Positions 1 to 8,938 of a DNA stretch of 21,781 bases are shown piece by piece (positions within the stretch are counted from its first letter, which is position 1; the number at the start of each line of letters is the position of its first letter). Location: the UHGV virus genome UHGV-1963057. One strand, given 5' to 3'. This DNA comes from a virus. The notes under the pieces are model-generated. The model did no database searches, was not told the origin of the DNA, and saw only the letters and a list, made by a program, of their open reading frames with translations. The translations under genes and the position numbers were made by a program.

Positions 1-189
1 GCGCTATTTAACCAGAAGCTGGCGGAATATCTGGTGCTGTATAACAGCAAAAGACCCCACAAGGCGCTCGCACTAATGACGCCCGTGGAATATATTTTAA
101 AAGAGAATAAAAATTGCAATATGTGGTGGACCCATACAAGCACTTGCTCCTTTTCCGGAGAGGCGCTAACCTTTCACTTGTCAAGGTAA
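1..189 (+). mobile_element. 3'-terminal fragment of a DDE-type (integrase-core-like) transposase gene; 5' part lies outside the window
   Basis: Frame 1 is open from the window edge to TAA at 187-189. Translation ...LVLYNSKRPHKALALMTPVEYILKEN... resembles the conserved C-terminal YNxxRPHxxL...TP motif of integrase-core transposases. Family not determinable by eye. Confidence 0.4.
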
Positions 190-328
190 TGCGGTTAGGG
201 CCTCGGTTAAACAGAGATGTTTTCCGGGGCCTTTCCACATCTGGCCTTCGGGTATTCCCTCCGACCATCAGCCGAAAGGCACCCGCGCGTAATCTATCGC
301 TTTTTTGTTAATCCGGCAATTCTGCCTG

Positions 329-589
329 TTAGTTCTGAGGTAAAGGCAAACTCATCTGATTGTTTCCCCTGTGTGAAGCTGGCAGCTCATGCCACGGGAT
401 ACCTTCTGAAGAGTGAACGGCGGAGGCGTGTTTTGATGTGAATTTATGGAAGGCTTCCAGTGTTGAGAAGCATACGCCGCATTCCAGGTTGTTACACTGG
501 TAATACTTTTGCCGCACGGTGTTTGAATCATTTTCCGGACGACTTGTGCGGATACGGGCAGATGCGCCACAAAGCGGACAACGGAACAT
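329..589 (-). CDS. ogr: Ogr/Delta-family zinc-finger late transcription activator (86 aa)
   Basis: Translation MFRCPLCGASARIRTSRPENDSNTVRQKYYQCNNLECG... has the CxxC-(22)-CxxxxC finger and the N-terminal MF(H/R)CPLC signature of P2 Ogr. ATG at 589 is preceded by GGGAGG with 5-nt spacing. Confidence 0.85.
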   Translation of the reverse strand: MFRCPLCGASARIRTSRPENDSNTVRQKYYQCNNLECGVCFSTLEAFHKFTSKHASAVHSSEGIPWHELPASHRGNNQMSLPLPQN

Positions 590-746
590 AGAGACCTCCC
601 TTAACGTGGTGCTTCTGTTATTTTAAGTTCTACTAGCTCCGATTCCAACTGACTAAACCGCTTTGAGTTGAGGGGCTGACATTCTTATTATTCGCTTATC
701 AAAGAATAGCTAGTCAAACCTGATACATTAAAATCAGCACGTTATT

Positions 747-780
747 TTGATTGTGTGATATCATAACATTATGTTATTAA
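747..780 (+). promoter_or_regulatory. Candidate sigma70-type promoter for the cargo gene (TTGATT, 17 bp spacer, TATGTT) within an AT-rich divergent intergenic region
   Basis: Hexamers read by eye at 747-752 and 770-775, about 45 bp upstream of the ATG at 822. The surrounding 590-821 region is strongly AT-rich. Motif match only. Confidence 0.25.
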
Positions 781-821
781 TGCGTTAAATTGGGATATCT
801 AATTCAGATTGTGAGGTATTT

Positions 822-1991
822 ATGGGAAAGAATAGTCAACGTAGGCGAGATAATAAAATTAAGCGAGAAAATGAGAAAAAAAGAAACTTAGCGGCAAAGA
901 TAAATAAAATGTTGTATATAAAGCCTGATATATTTTTTGATGAATCAGGTAATACTGGCGGAAATTTACTCGATCCATTGCAACCTGTTTTTACCTTAAG
1001 TTCAAGTAGTATTAGTAAACAGGATGCGCTTAAGGCATTAGAACTAACCGGAAGCAAGTCTCCAACAGAAGCCCACTTTAAAACTCTTAGACGTAGAAAA
1101 TCTGGTCAGGATGGCATCATTAGGCTTCTTGAAAGCAAATATGTCAATGAAGAGAATGTTAAAATATACTTGGTCGATAAAAAATACATGCTAACAGCAA
1201 AGATTGTTGATATTTTGATCGAGACGTGGTGCTCTAATAGAGGAATAGATCTTTATATAAATGGACAGAATCTAGCTCTGTCTAATGTTTACTATTTCTG
1301 TTTCCCTGCTTTCTGTGGGGAGGAAAAAACAGAGGTAATGTATCAGTGTTTTATGAATATGATCAGAAGCCAATCGACTGAGTCAATTGATGAATTTTAC
1401 AGGGTAATTGATGAGTTAAAGATATGCTCAAGTGATAAGATATTCACAGATATAATAAACAGAATTAGTATTACCAGAAGCGATATTGATGATATATTGG
1501 AAGGTGTTGAGAAAAGCACATTAGATCCATCTATACCAAGCCTCTTTAGACACTGTGTAGAATGGGGTAAATTATACCCTAATGGTTTTTATATTAAGCA
1601 TGACGATTCCAAAGCTATTACAGAGAAGAAAGATATTTTTGATAAATTTATGGATATATCAAAAATTACGGAGGCATATGGTTATGATCGAAGAAAATTT
1701 GAATTGCCAATTAAAGCTCGTTCTTTGACATTCCATTCATCACAAGAGTATCCTCAATTACAAATTGTAGATATAGTAGCAAGTGCGGCTGCTTATTATG
1801 TTAACTGTCTAAAAAGAAATGACTTAGAAGATTATCTCTTTAAAGAACTTCAAAGAATAAAAATAGATAACTATTTTAAAAATATGGCCATTTGGCCTAC
1901 AACATATGTTACACCTCAAGAATTAGGCACAATTTATACTGGTGGGCGAAACCCTGCAGATGGAGTCGCTGATTATCTTTCTCAATATTAG
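822..1991 (+). CDS. Hypothetical cargo protein, 389 aa, DUF3800-like by motif recollection; Lys/Arg-rich N-terminal tail
   Basis: Long ORF with GAGG 8 nt upstream of the ATG. Visibly AT-rich compared with the flanking phage genes. N-terminal region contains IFFDESGNTG and the C-terminal region QIVDIVASAAAYY, which I recall as the hallmark ends of Pfam DUF3800. Sits between D and ogr on the opposite strand. Confidence 0.8.
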   Translation: MGKNSQRRRDNKIKRENEKKRNLAAKINKMLYIKPDIFFDESGNTGGNLLDPLQPVFTLSSSSISKQDALKALELTGSKSPTEAHFKTLRRRKSGQDGIIRLLESKYVNEENVKIYLVDKKYMLTAKIVDILIETWCSNRGIDLYINGQNLALSNVYYFCFPAFCGEEKTEVMYQCFMNMIRSQSTESIDEFYRVIDELKICSSDKIFTDIINRISITRSDIDDILEGVEKSTLDPSIPSLFRHCVEWGKLYPNGFYIKHDDSKAITEKKDIFDKFMDISKITEAYGYDRRKFELPIKARSLTFHSSQEYPQLQIVDIVASAAAYYVNCLKRNDLEDYLFKELQRIKIDNYFKNMAIWPTTYVTPQELGTIYTGGRNPADGVADYLSQY

Positions 1992-2013
1992 TAACTGGAG
2001 TTTTAATTAATAT

Positions 2014-2034
2014 GGCCGCGTTAGCGGCCTTTCT
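2014..2034. terminator. Short GC hairpin (GGCCGC-gtta-GCGGCC) followed by TTTCT between convergent cargo gene and D
   Basis: 6-bp all-GC stem at 2014-2019 / 2024-2029 with a 4-nt loop and a T-rich tail on the plus strand, lying 23 bp after the cargo gene stop. Confidence 0.4.
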
Positions 2035-2082
2035 AACTATGTTTATTGCTAGTACATATCTGAACTAATACATTTAAGACAT

Positions 2083-3192
2083 TCACGCTGTTTCTGCTAT
2101 CCATTCCGGGATTTTTGCCTCAAGCTCAAGCTGCGTGGTAAAGCCGCTGTTATCAATGGTGTGCTCGGCTTTTGCAATAATCCAGTCCTGATTATCAATC
2201 TCGCTTTTAAATCCTGTTACCGTGCCATGCATTTCGGGGTAGAGTTCTGCACGTCCACGCGCCAGCGTGATGGAAAATGATGCGGCTCCGCGTTGTAGCT
2301 GCTGCCACTTTGCCGCCGCTGCGCGTCTTGCTGCCTGCTCGTTCTGATAAGTCTTGCGTAACACAAACACATTGCCTTCCGCGCCTTCCATATAATCACC
2401 TTCACGGCTGCTGCTTTTCTCCTTTTTGGGTTTTGGCGGTTTGCGGCGTTTCACGCTGACTTTTTTCTTTTTCCCGTAATTAAGATCAAGCCAGTAAGCG
2501 CGTACCCCCGTATACGCCTCGCGGTCAGCAATGCGGAACTGATGGCGATCGCCGCTGCTGCGTGTGATGGCGAACGATGGCAACGGCTGGCCCTGTGCGT
2601 TCACGCCACCACCTGGCATGATGAATAACAGATTGCCGCTTTTTACCGTGGTGATTGCGCCCAGCATTTCCGCCATGCGCGTAAGGAAGGACATATCGCT
2701 TTCTTCGGTCTGGTCGGCGTGGTCGATTTCGATATCCATCAGCATTTCGCTGATTTGCGGTTTCAGACCATACCGATGAGCGATGGCGGATACCACACGC
2801 TCAACGGTCACATCATGCCAGGACACCTCACGTTTAACGTTAAATTCATCCCGAAAATCTGCGCTTCTGGCTGAAACAGTCAGCCTGTCCGGCGGTCCTT
2901 CGTGAGCGATTTCATCAACAATGTAAGTGCCTTTTTCTGTCAGCGGTTCTCCTTTCCAGCCAATGAGAACCGTCAGGCGCGCGCCCCGTGGCGGTAGCTG
3001 CAACTGACCATCCGCATCATCCAGCGTGATGGTGAGCTGGTCCGCGTCAAATCCCCGGTTGTCGGTCAGTGACAGGCTCATCAGGCGCTCTGCCACGCCT
3101 GACAGCGTTTTACCCTCCGCGAGAATATCAAAATCCGGCATTTTCACGGGGTCTGTGCCCTGACTGAGCAATTGCATGGTGGTATCGGTCAT
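2083..3192 (-). CDS. D: Tail protein D (late control gene D family)
   Basis: Translation matches the P2 gpD family over its length. Start chosen at ATG 3192 (MTDTTMQLL...), preceded by GGGAGGG with 5-nt spacing; the six-frame ORF extends further upstream to 3324 without an RBS. Confidence 0.88.
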   Translation of the reverse strand: MTDTTMQLLSQGTDPVKMPDFDILAEGKTLSGVAERLMSLSLTDNRGFDADQLTITLDDADGQLQLPPRGARLTVLIGWKGEPLTEKGTYIVDEIAHEGPPDRLTVSARSADFRDEFNVKREVSWHDVTVERVVSAIAHRYGLKPQISEMLMDIEIDHADQTEESDMSFLTRMAEMLGAITTVKSGNLLFIMPGGGVNAQGQPLPSFAITRSSGDRHQFRIADREAYTGVRAYWLDLNYGKKKKVSVKRRKPPKPKKEKSSSREGDYMEGAEGNVFVLRKTYQNEQAARRAAAAKWQQLQRGAASFSITLARGRAELYPEMHGTVTGFKSEIDNQDWIIAKAEHTIDNSGFTTQLELEAKIPEWIAETA

Positions 3193-3349
3193 CTGTTCCC
3201 TCCCTGTGCGGCATGGTCGCATGTGCGTGCGGAGGGGGTTACTGCTTTTTGTTGTCGCCGGATCGGGAGAACGGCACAGGGGTGAGATTACGCGCGTGGT
3301 GGGTGATGATTGTTGCCGAATCATTTAACGGATACAAGGGGCTAAAGCT

Positions 3350-4534
3350 ATGAGTGAAACTCGTTTTCATGGTGCCCGTGTTACGGAAAATACCGACCTG
3401 GTAACAGCGATTAACGATGTTGATTCCAGCGTTATCGGTATCGTGGCAACGGCGGATGATGCGGACGCGAAGCTGTTCCCGCTGAACAAGCCCACACTGC
3501 TGACCCGCGTCAATGACGTGCTGGGAAAATGCGGGACAACGGGGACGCTTTATCGTGCGCTTAAGGCCATCGCAGACCAGGTGAGCACAAAGGTGATCGT
3601 CGTTCGCGTGGCTGAACACAAAGAAGAAGACGGAAAGACGCAGGATCAACTGGTTATCGGTGGTTCTGAATCTGACGGCAGCTATACGGGGATGTATGCG
3701 CTGCTTGTTGCAGAGCAGGATGAAAGCATCGGATACCGTCCGCGTATTCTGGCCGCGCCGGAGCTGGACACGGAGGCGGTGACAAAATCCCTGTGCGTGA
3801 TTGCGGGTAAACTGCGCGCGTTTGTGTATGCCTCATGTCACGGCTGTAACACGATGGCTGAGGTGATTACCTACCGCCAGAAATTCAACGAACGTGAGGT
3901 GATGCTCTTATGGCCGGACTTCATCGCCTACAACCCGAAAAGTGGCAAAAACGAAACGTTCCCCGCGCCTGCCTATGCGTGCGGCCTTCGTGCGTACATT
4001 GACCATGAGCAGGGATGGCACAAATCACTGTCCAACGTTCCGGTTAAAAATGTGCTGGGGATGTCCAGGCATGTGTTCTGGTCGTTGCAGGCCGAAGACA
4101 GCGATGCCAACAGCCTCAACAACAAAGAAATCACGACCATTATTCGTCGCAACGGGTTCCGCTTCTGGGGCAACCGCACACCGGAAACGAACGCCTACAT
4201 CTTTGAGGTGTATACCCGAACCGCACAGGTGCTGGCTGATTCAATTGCGGAAGCGCAGTTTGAAACCATCGACAGTCCACTGACGCCTGCGAACGTGAAA
4301 GATGTTATCAGTGCCATCAGGGCAAAACTGGATTCACTGGTTACTGCCGGGAAACTGATTGGGGCGTCGTGCTGGTATGACGTGGTGGATAACGGCACCA
4401 CGAATTTACGTCAGGGGCGTGTGCGTATTCGCTACAAATATACGCCTGTTCCCCCGCTGGAAGACATGGAGCTTTACCAGTCGTTTACTGATGAATTCTT
4501 TGGTCCCGCATTTGCGGTGCTGGGAGGTGCCTGA
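3350..4534 (+). CDS. FI: Contractile tail sheath protein FI
   Basis: 394 aa; conserved sheath blocks LFPLNKP, GWHKSLSNV, IRRNGFRFWGNRT, YTRTAQV and YKYTPVPPLE match P2 FI as recalled. AAGGGG lies 8 nt upstream of the ATG. Confidence 0.95.
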   Translation: MSETRFHGARVTENTDLVTAINDVDSSVIGIVATADDADAKLFPLNKPTLLTRVNDVLGKCGTTGTLYRALKAIADQVSTKVIVVRVAEHKEEDGKTQDQLVIGGSESDGSYTGMYALLVAEQDESIGYRPRILAAPELDTEAVTKSLCVIAGKLRAFVYASCHGCNTMAEVITYRQKFNEREVMLLWPDFIAYNPKSGKNETFPAPAYACGLRAYIDHEQGWHKSLSNVPVKNVLGMSRHVFWSLQAEDSDANSLNNKEITTIIRRNGFRFWGNRTPETNAYIFEVYTRTAQVLADSIAEAQFETIDSPLTPANVKDVISAIRAKLDSLVTAGKLIGASCWYDVVDNGTTNLRQGRVRIRYKYTPVPPLEDMELYQSFTDEFFGPAFAVLGGA

Positions 4535-5046
4535 TGGCTGTACCAAAACATCTTCGCTTTTTTACGCTGTTTGTGGATGGTGAAAACGAAGTGGGTAAGG
4601 TGACGTCCGTCACTCTGCCTAAGCTGACGCGCAAAACCGACAGCTACCGGGGTGGTGGCATGATGGGTGCGGTAAGTATTGATCTCGGTCTGGACGACTC
4701 CGCGCTTGATGCGAGCTTTGTCATGGGGGGCGCAGTTCGTGAGCTGTTCCTTAAGTATGGCGGCACGATTGACGGCACGCTGCTGCGTTTTGCGGGTGAA
4801 TACTACACCGATGCAGAAAGCGATCTGTATGAAATCGAGATGCGCGGACGTGTGACGGAAATTGATATGGGGGAAGCCAAACAGGGCGAAGCCACATCAC
4901 ACACTTACGCCATTAAAAACACCTACTACAAGCTGAGTGTTAACGATCGCCCGTTGTGGGAGATTGACCTGCTGAACTTCATTTACCGGAAGGACGGCAA
5001 GGACATTGTGCCCGATCGCATCCGTTCCGCGCTTGGGCTTGGCTGA
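4534..5046 (+). CDS. FII: Tail tube protein FII
   Basis: 170 aa ORF immediately after the sheath gene; its ATG overlaps the FI stop (TGATG). Size and position are those of P2 FII. Confidence 0.9.
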   Translation: MAVPKHLRFFTLFVDGENEVGKVTSVTLPKLTRKTDSYRGGGMMGAVSIDLGLDDSALDASFVMGGAVRELFLKYGGTIDGTLLRFAGEYYTDAESDLYEIEMRGRVTEIDMGEAKQGEATSHTYAIKNTYYKLSVNDRPLWEIDLLNFIYRKDGKDIVPDRIRSALGLG

Positions 5047-5100
5047 TAAGTAATATGCAGGCGGCGCAGTGCGCCGCCTCTGACTGAAAGGAGTTTCCTG

Positions 5101-5466
5101 ATGAAAGAGACGAAAAACATCGATACCGAAAACACGGTAGTTGCTGACACTGTGAAAGAAACCAGTGAGCGTGGCGTAAAACTTACCCAACCAATTGAGC
5201 GAGGCGGCGAAAAAATCACGTATGTGGAGATCACCGGGGCTATTGAGCAGGCTGGATCTCTGCGAGATTTGTCGCTGTCTGATGTGCTGAATCTGAAAGC
5301 GGAATCCATGTTTACGCTGCTGTCACGCGTGACATCACCGCGACTGGATGAAGTGACGATCAAAAAAATGGCATCCCGTGACTTTATTCAGTTATGTGTG
5401 GTTGCCGTAAATTTTTTGAGCGGTGCGGACTCTGGCGGGAAGAACGAACAGGCGACGGAAGCCTGA
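5101..5466 (+). CDS. E: Tail assembly chaperone E (zero-frame product)
   Basis: 121 aa acidic ORF between the tube and tape-measure genes; contains the TTTTTTG slippery heptamer at 5412-5418. Confidence 0.85.
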   Translation: MKETKNIDTENTVVADTVKETSERGVKLTQPIERGGEKITYVEITGAIEQAGSLRDLSLSDVLNLKAESMFTLLSRVTSPRLDEVTIKKMASRDFIQLCVVAVNFLSGADSGGKNEQATEA

Positions 5467-5630
5467 TCACGGTTGTGTGCTTTGAGCACATAGAAGACTT
5501 TGTGGCAGATATTGCCGTTATTTTTAACTGGTCGCCCGCCGAAATCTTCATGATGACGCCCGGCGAAGTGGTTAGCTGGCGTGAGCGGGCGGCACTTCGC
5601 AGCGGGAATGCAGACAATGAAGACTCTTGA
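5101..5630 (+). CDS. E': E+E' fusion product made by programmed -1 frameshift at 5412-5418
   Basis: After slippage at T TTT TTG the -1 frame continues as FFERCGLWREE...NWSPAEIFMMTPGEVVSWRERA... to TGA at 5628-5630, overlapping the start of T. Same heptamer and arrangement as P2 E/E'. Confidence 0.75.
5412..5418 (+). other. -1 ribosomal frameshift slippery site TTTTTTG
   Basis: Heptamer is in the E frame as T-TTT-TTG, with an open -1 frame downstream that encodes the conserved E' extension. Confidence 0.75.
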
Positions 5631-8430
5631 TATCCGGGTCGCTTTCAGCGCCGTTGACAGGCTGACCCGACCTGCAGAAAACGCACGCCGCCTGATGGGG
5701 CAGTTTGGTGACTCCATCCAGCGAACGCAGGGGGCGATCAAAAATCTCGAGCGTCAGGCGCGTTCATTTGAGCGCGCCCGCGACGCTGTCAGTAAAGCGG
5801 ATGCGGGTATCGTGAAAGCACGACGCCAGCTTAACGCCCTTAATCAGTTACAACGCACGGGTACAGTGCTCAGCGAAAAACAACAAAAGCTGATGCAGCA
5901 GTTAAGCACCCGGCTTGAACGCCTGAATGAATCGCGCACACGGGAGATTCAGAAAATGCGGGAGCTTGGCGGAGAGCTGAAACGCCACGGCATTTCCCTG
6001 ACAGGCAGCGATAACACCATCCAGCAGGCCATCAGACGCACCGAACAGTACAACAACCAGCTTGAACGCGAACGGCAGGCGCTTGCGCGTGTAACGCGGG
6101 CGCGTGAGCGGTATTCGCGCGCGCAGGAAACCGCGGGAAAACTGAAAACAGGTGGTGCACTGGCAACAGGTGCGGCAGCGGCGGGCGGCTATGCTGCCGG
6201 GCGTTTTTTGCAGCCCGCGATTGGGTTCGGGAAAGAGATGTCCCGCGTTCAGGCACTGACGCGAATCGACAAAAACAGCCCACAGTTTAAGGCGCTGCGT
6301 GAGCAGGCGTTAAAACTTGGCTCTGAAACGCAGTTCACCGCTGGAGATGCCGCCAGTGGACAGGCATTTCTTGCAATGGCTGGTTTTACTCCGCAGGCCA
6401 TTCAGGCTGCGCTTCCCGGCGTGCTGAGCATGGCAACGGCTGGCGGTATGGATCTCGGCGAGACGGCGGATATTGGCTCAAATATCCTGACGCAGTTCGG
6501 CCTCTCTGCTGACCAGATGGACCGGGTTGGCGACACGCTTACAGCGGCGTTTACCCGTACCAACACTGACCTTCGCGCGCTGGGCGAAACCATGAAATAT
6601 GCAGGTCCGGTGGCGGGTAAGCTGGGAATATCGCTGGAGCAGGCCGCTGCGATGGCGGGCGTGCTGGCGAATATGGGCATCAGAGGGAGTGATGCCGGGA
6701 CGGCAATGCGTGCCAGCCTGGCTCGTCTGGCATCACCGCCAAAGGCGGCAGCAGAGGCGCTGAAAGAGCTGGGTGTGGCTGTCTCTGACGCGAACGGCAA
6801 AATGCGCCCGATGGAGGATGTACTGGCCGACCTTTATAAAGCCACCCGCAAATACGGGGAAGTTGACCGGGTATCGTTCTTTAAGGACATTGCCGGAGAA
6901 GAGGCTTTCACATCGTTTATGGCGCTCGTTGATGCAGCGGGTGACGGCTCCTTACCCAAACTGAGAAAAGAACTTGAAGGCGCGCGCGGTGAGGCTGAAC
7001 GCACAGCAAAGGTTATGGCCAACAACCTTGACGGCGATCTGAAATCACTCGGCAGTGCATGGGAAGGGTTGCGCATCCGCATTGCAGATCTGATTGACGG
7101 TCCGCTGCGTTCTGTCACGCAGTGGCTCACGCGGGTGGTATCAAAGGTGACGGCGCTGGCGCAGGCCCATCCGGCACTGACGCGCCAGCTACTGATTGCA
7201 GGTGGGGCATTGCTGGCGATGACTGCAACGGTCGGCTCGTTGTCGTTGGCTATTGGTGTGCTTGCTGGCCCGCTGGCAAAACTGCGTCTTGGCTTTTCCC
7301 TCCTGACCGGATCAATGAATGCTGTCAGGCTCCTGCCAGCACTATGGGGAATGGTGACGGGTTCCGTTTCGTTACTGGGGGGCGCTATCGGGGCGCTGTT
7401 CAGCCCGGTCGGATTGATTGCTGCTGCGTTTGTGGCTGCGGCGGTTCTCATCTGGAAATACTGGGAACCCATCAAGGCGTTTTATGCAGGGGTGTTCAGT
7501 GGGATTATGGAACGGCTGGCTCCGTTGCGCGAAACCTTTGAACGGTTCGGTCCAGTTTTTGATGTCGTGCGCGATGGGATTATTCAGGTCTTTAACTGGT
7601 TTAAATCGCTGCTGTCACCGATGGAGTCCAGCAAGGAAACGCTGGATAAATGTACCAGTGCTGGCGAGGTATTCGGCAGGGTACTCGGTGGAGCGATAGA
7701 GCTTGTCCTGACGCCAACAAAAGCATTGATGGATTCACTGGCGTGGATACTTGAAAAGCTCGGAGTGCTTCCGGATGAAGCGGAACGGGCGAGAAAGAAA
7801 ATAGAGAACGCTTCAAAGGCTCCTGTAATGTGGGAATGGGATCCGGTTCTCAAGAAAATGGTTCAGAAACCATGGACTCCCGGCCCGGCCCCGTCAGATA
7901 AGGTCGACGACAAAAAAGGCGATAAACCCAGAGACAACAAACCGCTCACAGACAACAATACCGGTACGCTACGCAGACTCAGCAAAATTGCTGATAACAC
8001 AGGTAAGCTGGTTGATGAGACGAAAAAACGCATTGGCCCCGGCGATATTGTCTTTAAGAACCTGCCCCGCGCACTTGCTGTTCGTGGGGAGTGGCAGGAG
8101 CGGAAGATTGCGCAGGTCAGTAAGCCTGCCCCCGCAATTACTATCACACCCGTGGTTCCGGCTCCGCTGCCTCCGGCGCTGGTCCCTGTTGTTGCGGCCA
8201 GCTCCCGCCCGGTGGCGGAGGCTATACGATCGCCAGTGGCATCAGTTCCTGCAACTTCCCGTAACCGGGAGCCTGTTGCCTCCGGATTTGGCGGTGAAAT
8301 TCATGTTCATCTGCATAACGTTGTTACACAGAATCCCCGCGAACTGGCGAAACTGATTGGCGAAATGGTCAGGGCAGAAATGGAACGGCGCGCCCGTGCC
8401 GGGCGTGGCAGTTTTTACGATAAAGATTGA
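5608..8430 (+). CDS. T: Tail tape measure protein T (start at ATG 5608 or 5617)
   Basis: About 940 aa with a coiled-coil-like N-terminal part, a central hydrophobic Gly/Ala-rich segment and a Pro-rich C-terminal region; position after E/E'. The listed ORF begins at GTG 5581; first in-frame ATGs are 5608 and 5617. Confidence 0.9.
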   Translation: MQTMKTLDIRVAFSAVDRLTRPAENARRLMGQFGDSIQRTQGAIKNLERQARSFERARDAVSKADAGIVKARRQLNALNQLQRTGTVLSEKQQKLMQQLSTRLERLNESRTREIQKMRELGGELKRHGISLTGSDNTIQQAIRRTEQYNNQLERERQALARVTRARERYSRAQETAGKLKTGGALATGAAAAGGYAAGRFLQPAIGFGKEMSRVQALTRIDKNSPQFKALREQALKLGSETQFTAGDAASGQAFLAMAGFTPQAIQAALPGVLSMATAGGMDLGETADIGSNILTQFGLSADQMDRVGDTLTAAFTRTNTDLRALGETMKYAGPVAGKLGISLEQAAAMAGVLANMGIRGSDAGTAMRASLARLASPPKAAAEALKELGVAVSDANGKMRPMEDVLADLYKATRKYGEVDRVSFFKDIAGEEAFTSFMALVDAAGDGSLPKLRKELEGARGEAERTAKVMANNLDGDLKSLGSAWEGLRIRIADLIDGPLRSVTQWLTRVVSKVTALAQAHPALTRQLLIAGGALLAMTATVGSLSLAIGVLAGPLAKLRLGFSLLTGSMNAVRLLPALWGMVTGSVSLLGGAIGALFSPVGLIAAAFVAAAVLIWKYWEPIKAFYAGVFSGIMERLAPLRETFERFGPVFDVVRDGIIQVFNWFKSLLSPMESSKETLDKCTSAGEVFGRVLGGAIELVLTPTKALMDSLAWILEKLGVLPDEAERARKKIENASKAPVMWEWDPVLKKMVQKPWTPGPAPSDKVDDKKGDKPRDNKPLTDNNTGTLRRLSKIADNTGKLVDETKKRIGPGDIVFKNLPRALAVRGEWQERKIAQVSKPAPAITITPVVPAPLPPALVPVVAASSRPVAEAIRSPVASVPATSRNREPVASGFGGEIHVHLHNVVTQNPRELAKLIGEMVRAEMERRARAGRGSFYDKD

Positions 8431-8436
8431 GGAGTC

Positions 8437-8931
8437 ATGGCCATGATGATGATCTACGGCATGTTTGTTTTTGAGCTGCGCACATTGCCGCATCAGCAGT
8501 TACAGCAAAACAAAAGCTGGCGGCATGTGAAAAATGAACGCGTTAACCGTTCAGCAAGCTGGCAGTATATCGGCGCAGGTGATGATCGCATCGTGCTTTC
8601 CGGCGTGCTTTATCCTGAAATTACAGGTGGCGAAGTGTCGCTTTCGTTGCTGACCACGCAGGCATATACAGGACGCCCCTGGCCTCTGATTGATGGTGTC
8701 GGGCAGATTTACGGCATGTATGTACTGACTGAAACGAATACGACCCGTTCCGAGTTTGATCGCTACGGTAAGGCGAAAAAGATAGAATTTTCACTGACTC
8801 TTGAACGCTGTGATGAGGATTTGCGGGAGCGCCTGCAATCCTCATCGTTCAGTGATATGCTGTCCGGCTTCAAAGATAAGGTCACATCATCCCTTAACAG
8901 CGCGGCCAGCTCCGTTAAAGGGCTGTTTTGA
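8437..8931 (+). CDS. U: Tail protein U (start may be ATG 8443 or 8446)
   Basis: 164 aa; FVFELRTLPHQ...WRH...GAGDD...PWPLIDG pattern matches the P2 gpU family. GGAG at 8431-8434 is best spaced for the ATG at 8443. Confidence 0.88.
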   Translation: MAMMMIYGMFVFELRTLPHQQLQQNKSWRHVKNERVNRSASWQYIGAGDDRIVLSGVLYPEITGGEVSLSLLTTQAYTGRPWPLIDGVGQIYGMYVLTETNTTRSEFDRYGKAKKIEFSLTLERCDEDLRERLQSSSFSDMLSGFKDKVTSSLNSAASSVKGLF

Positions 8932-8938
8932 TTAACGC

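Noticed and set aside
114-441. Small plus-strand ORFs (114-311, 217-441) in the left region
   Set aside because: No RBS and no recognisable features; the interval is better explained by ogr on the minus strand (329-589) and the tail of the transposase-like frame.
352-570. 72-aa minus-strand ORF overlapping ogr
   Set aside because: Alternate frame inside the clearly recognisable ogr zinc-finger gene.
2083-3324. Full 413-aa ORF for D starting at 3324
   Set aside because: The upstream 44 codons have no RBS and are not gpD-like. The ATG at 3192 has a GGGAGGG Shine-Dalgarno and begins the recognisable protein.
5800-8400. Several antisense or alternate-frame ORFs inside the tape measure gene (e.g. 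6402-6800, 6834-7475, 7122-7541, 7863-8147)
   Set aside because: Typical spurious open frames in a long GC-rich gene; Ala/Arg/Pro-rich translations with no start signals.
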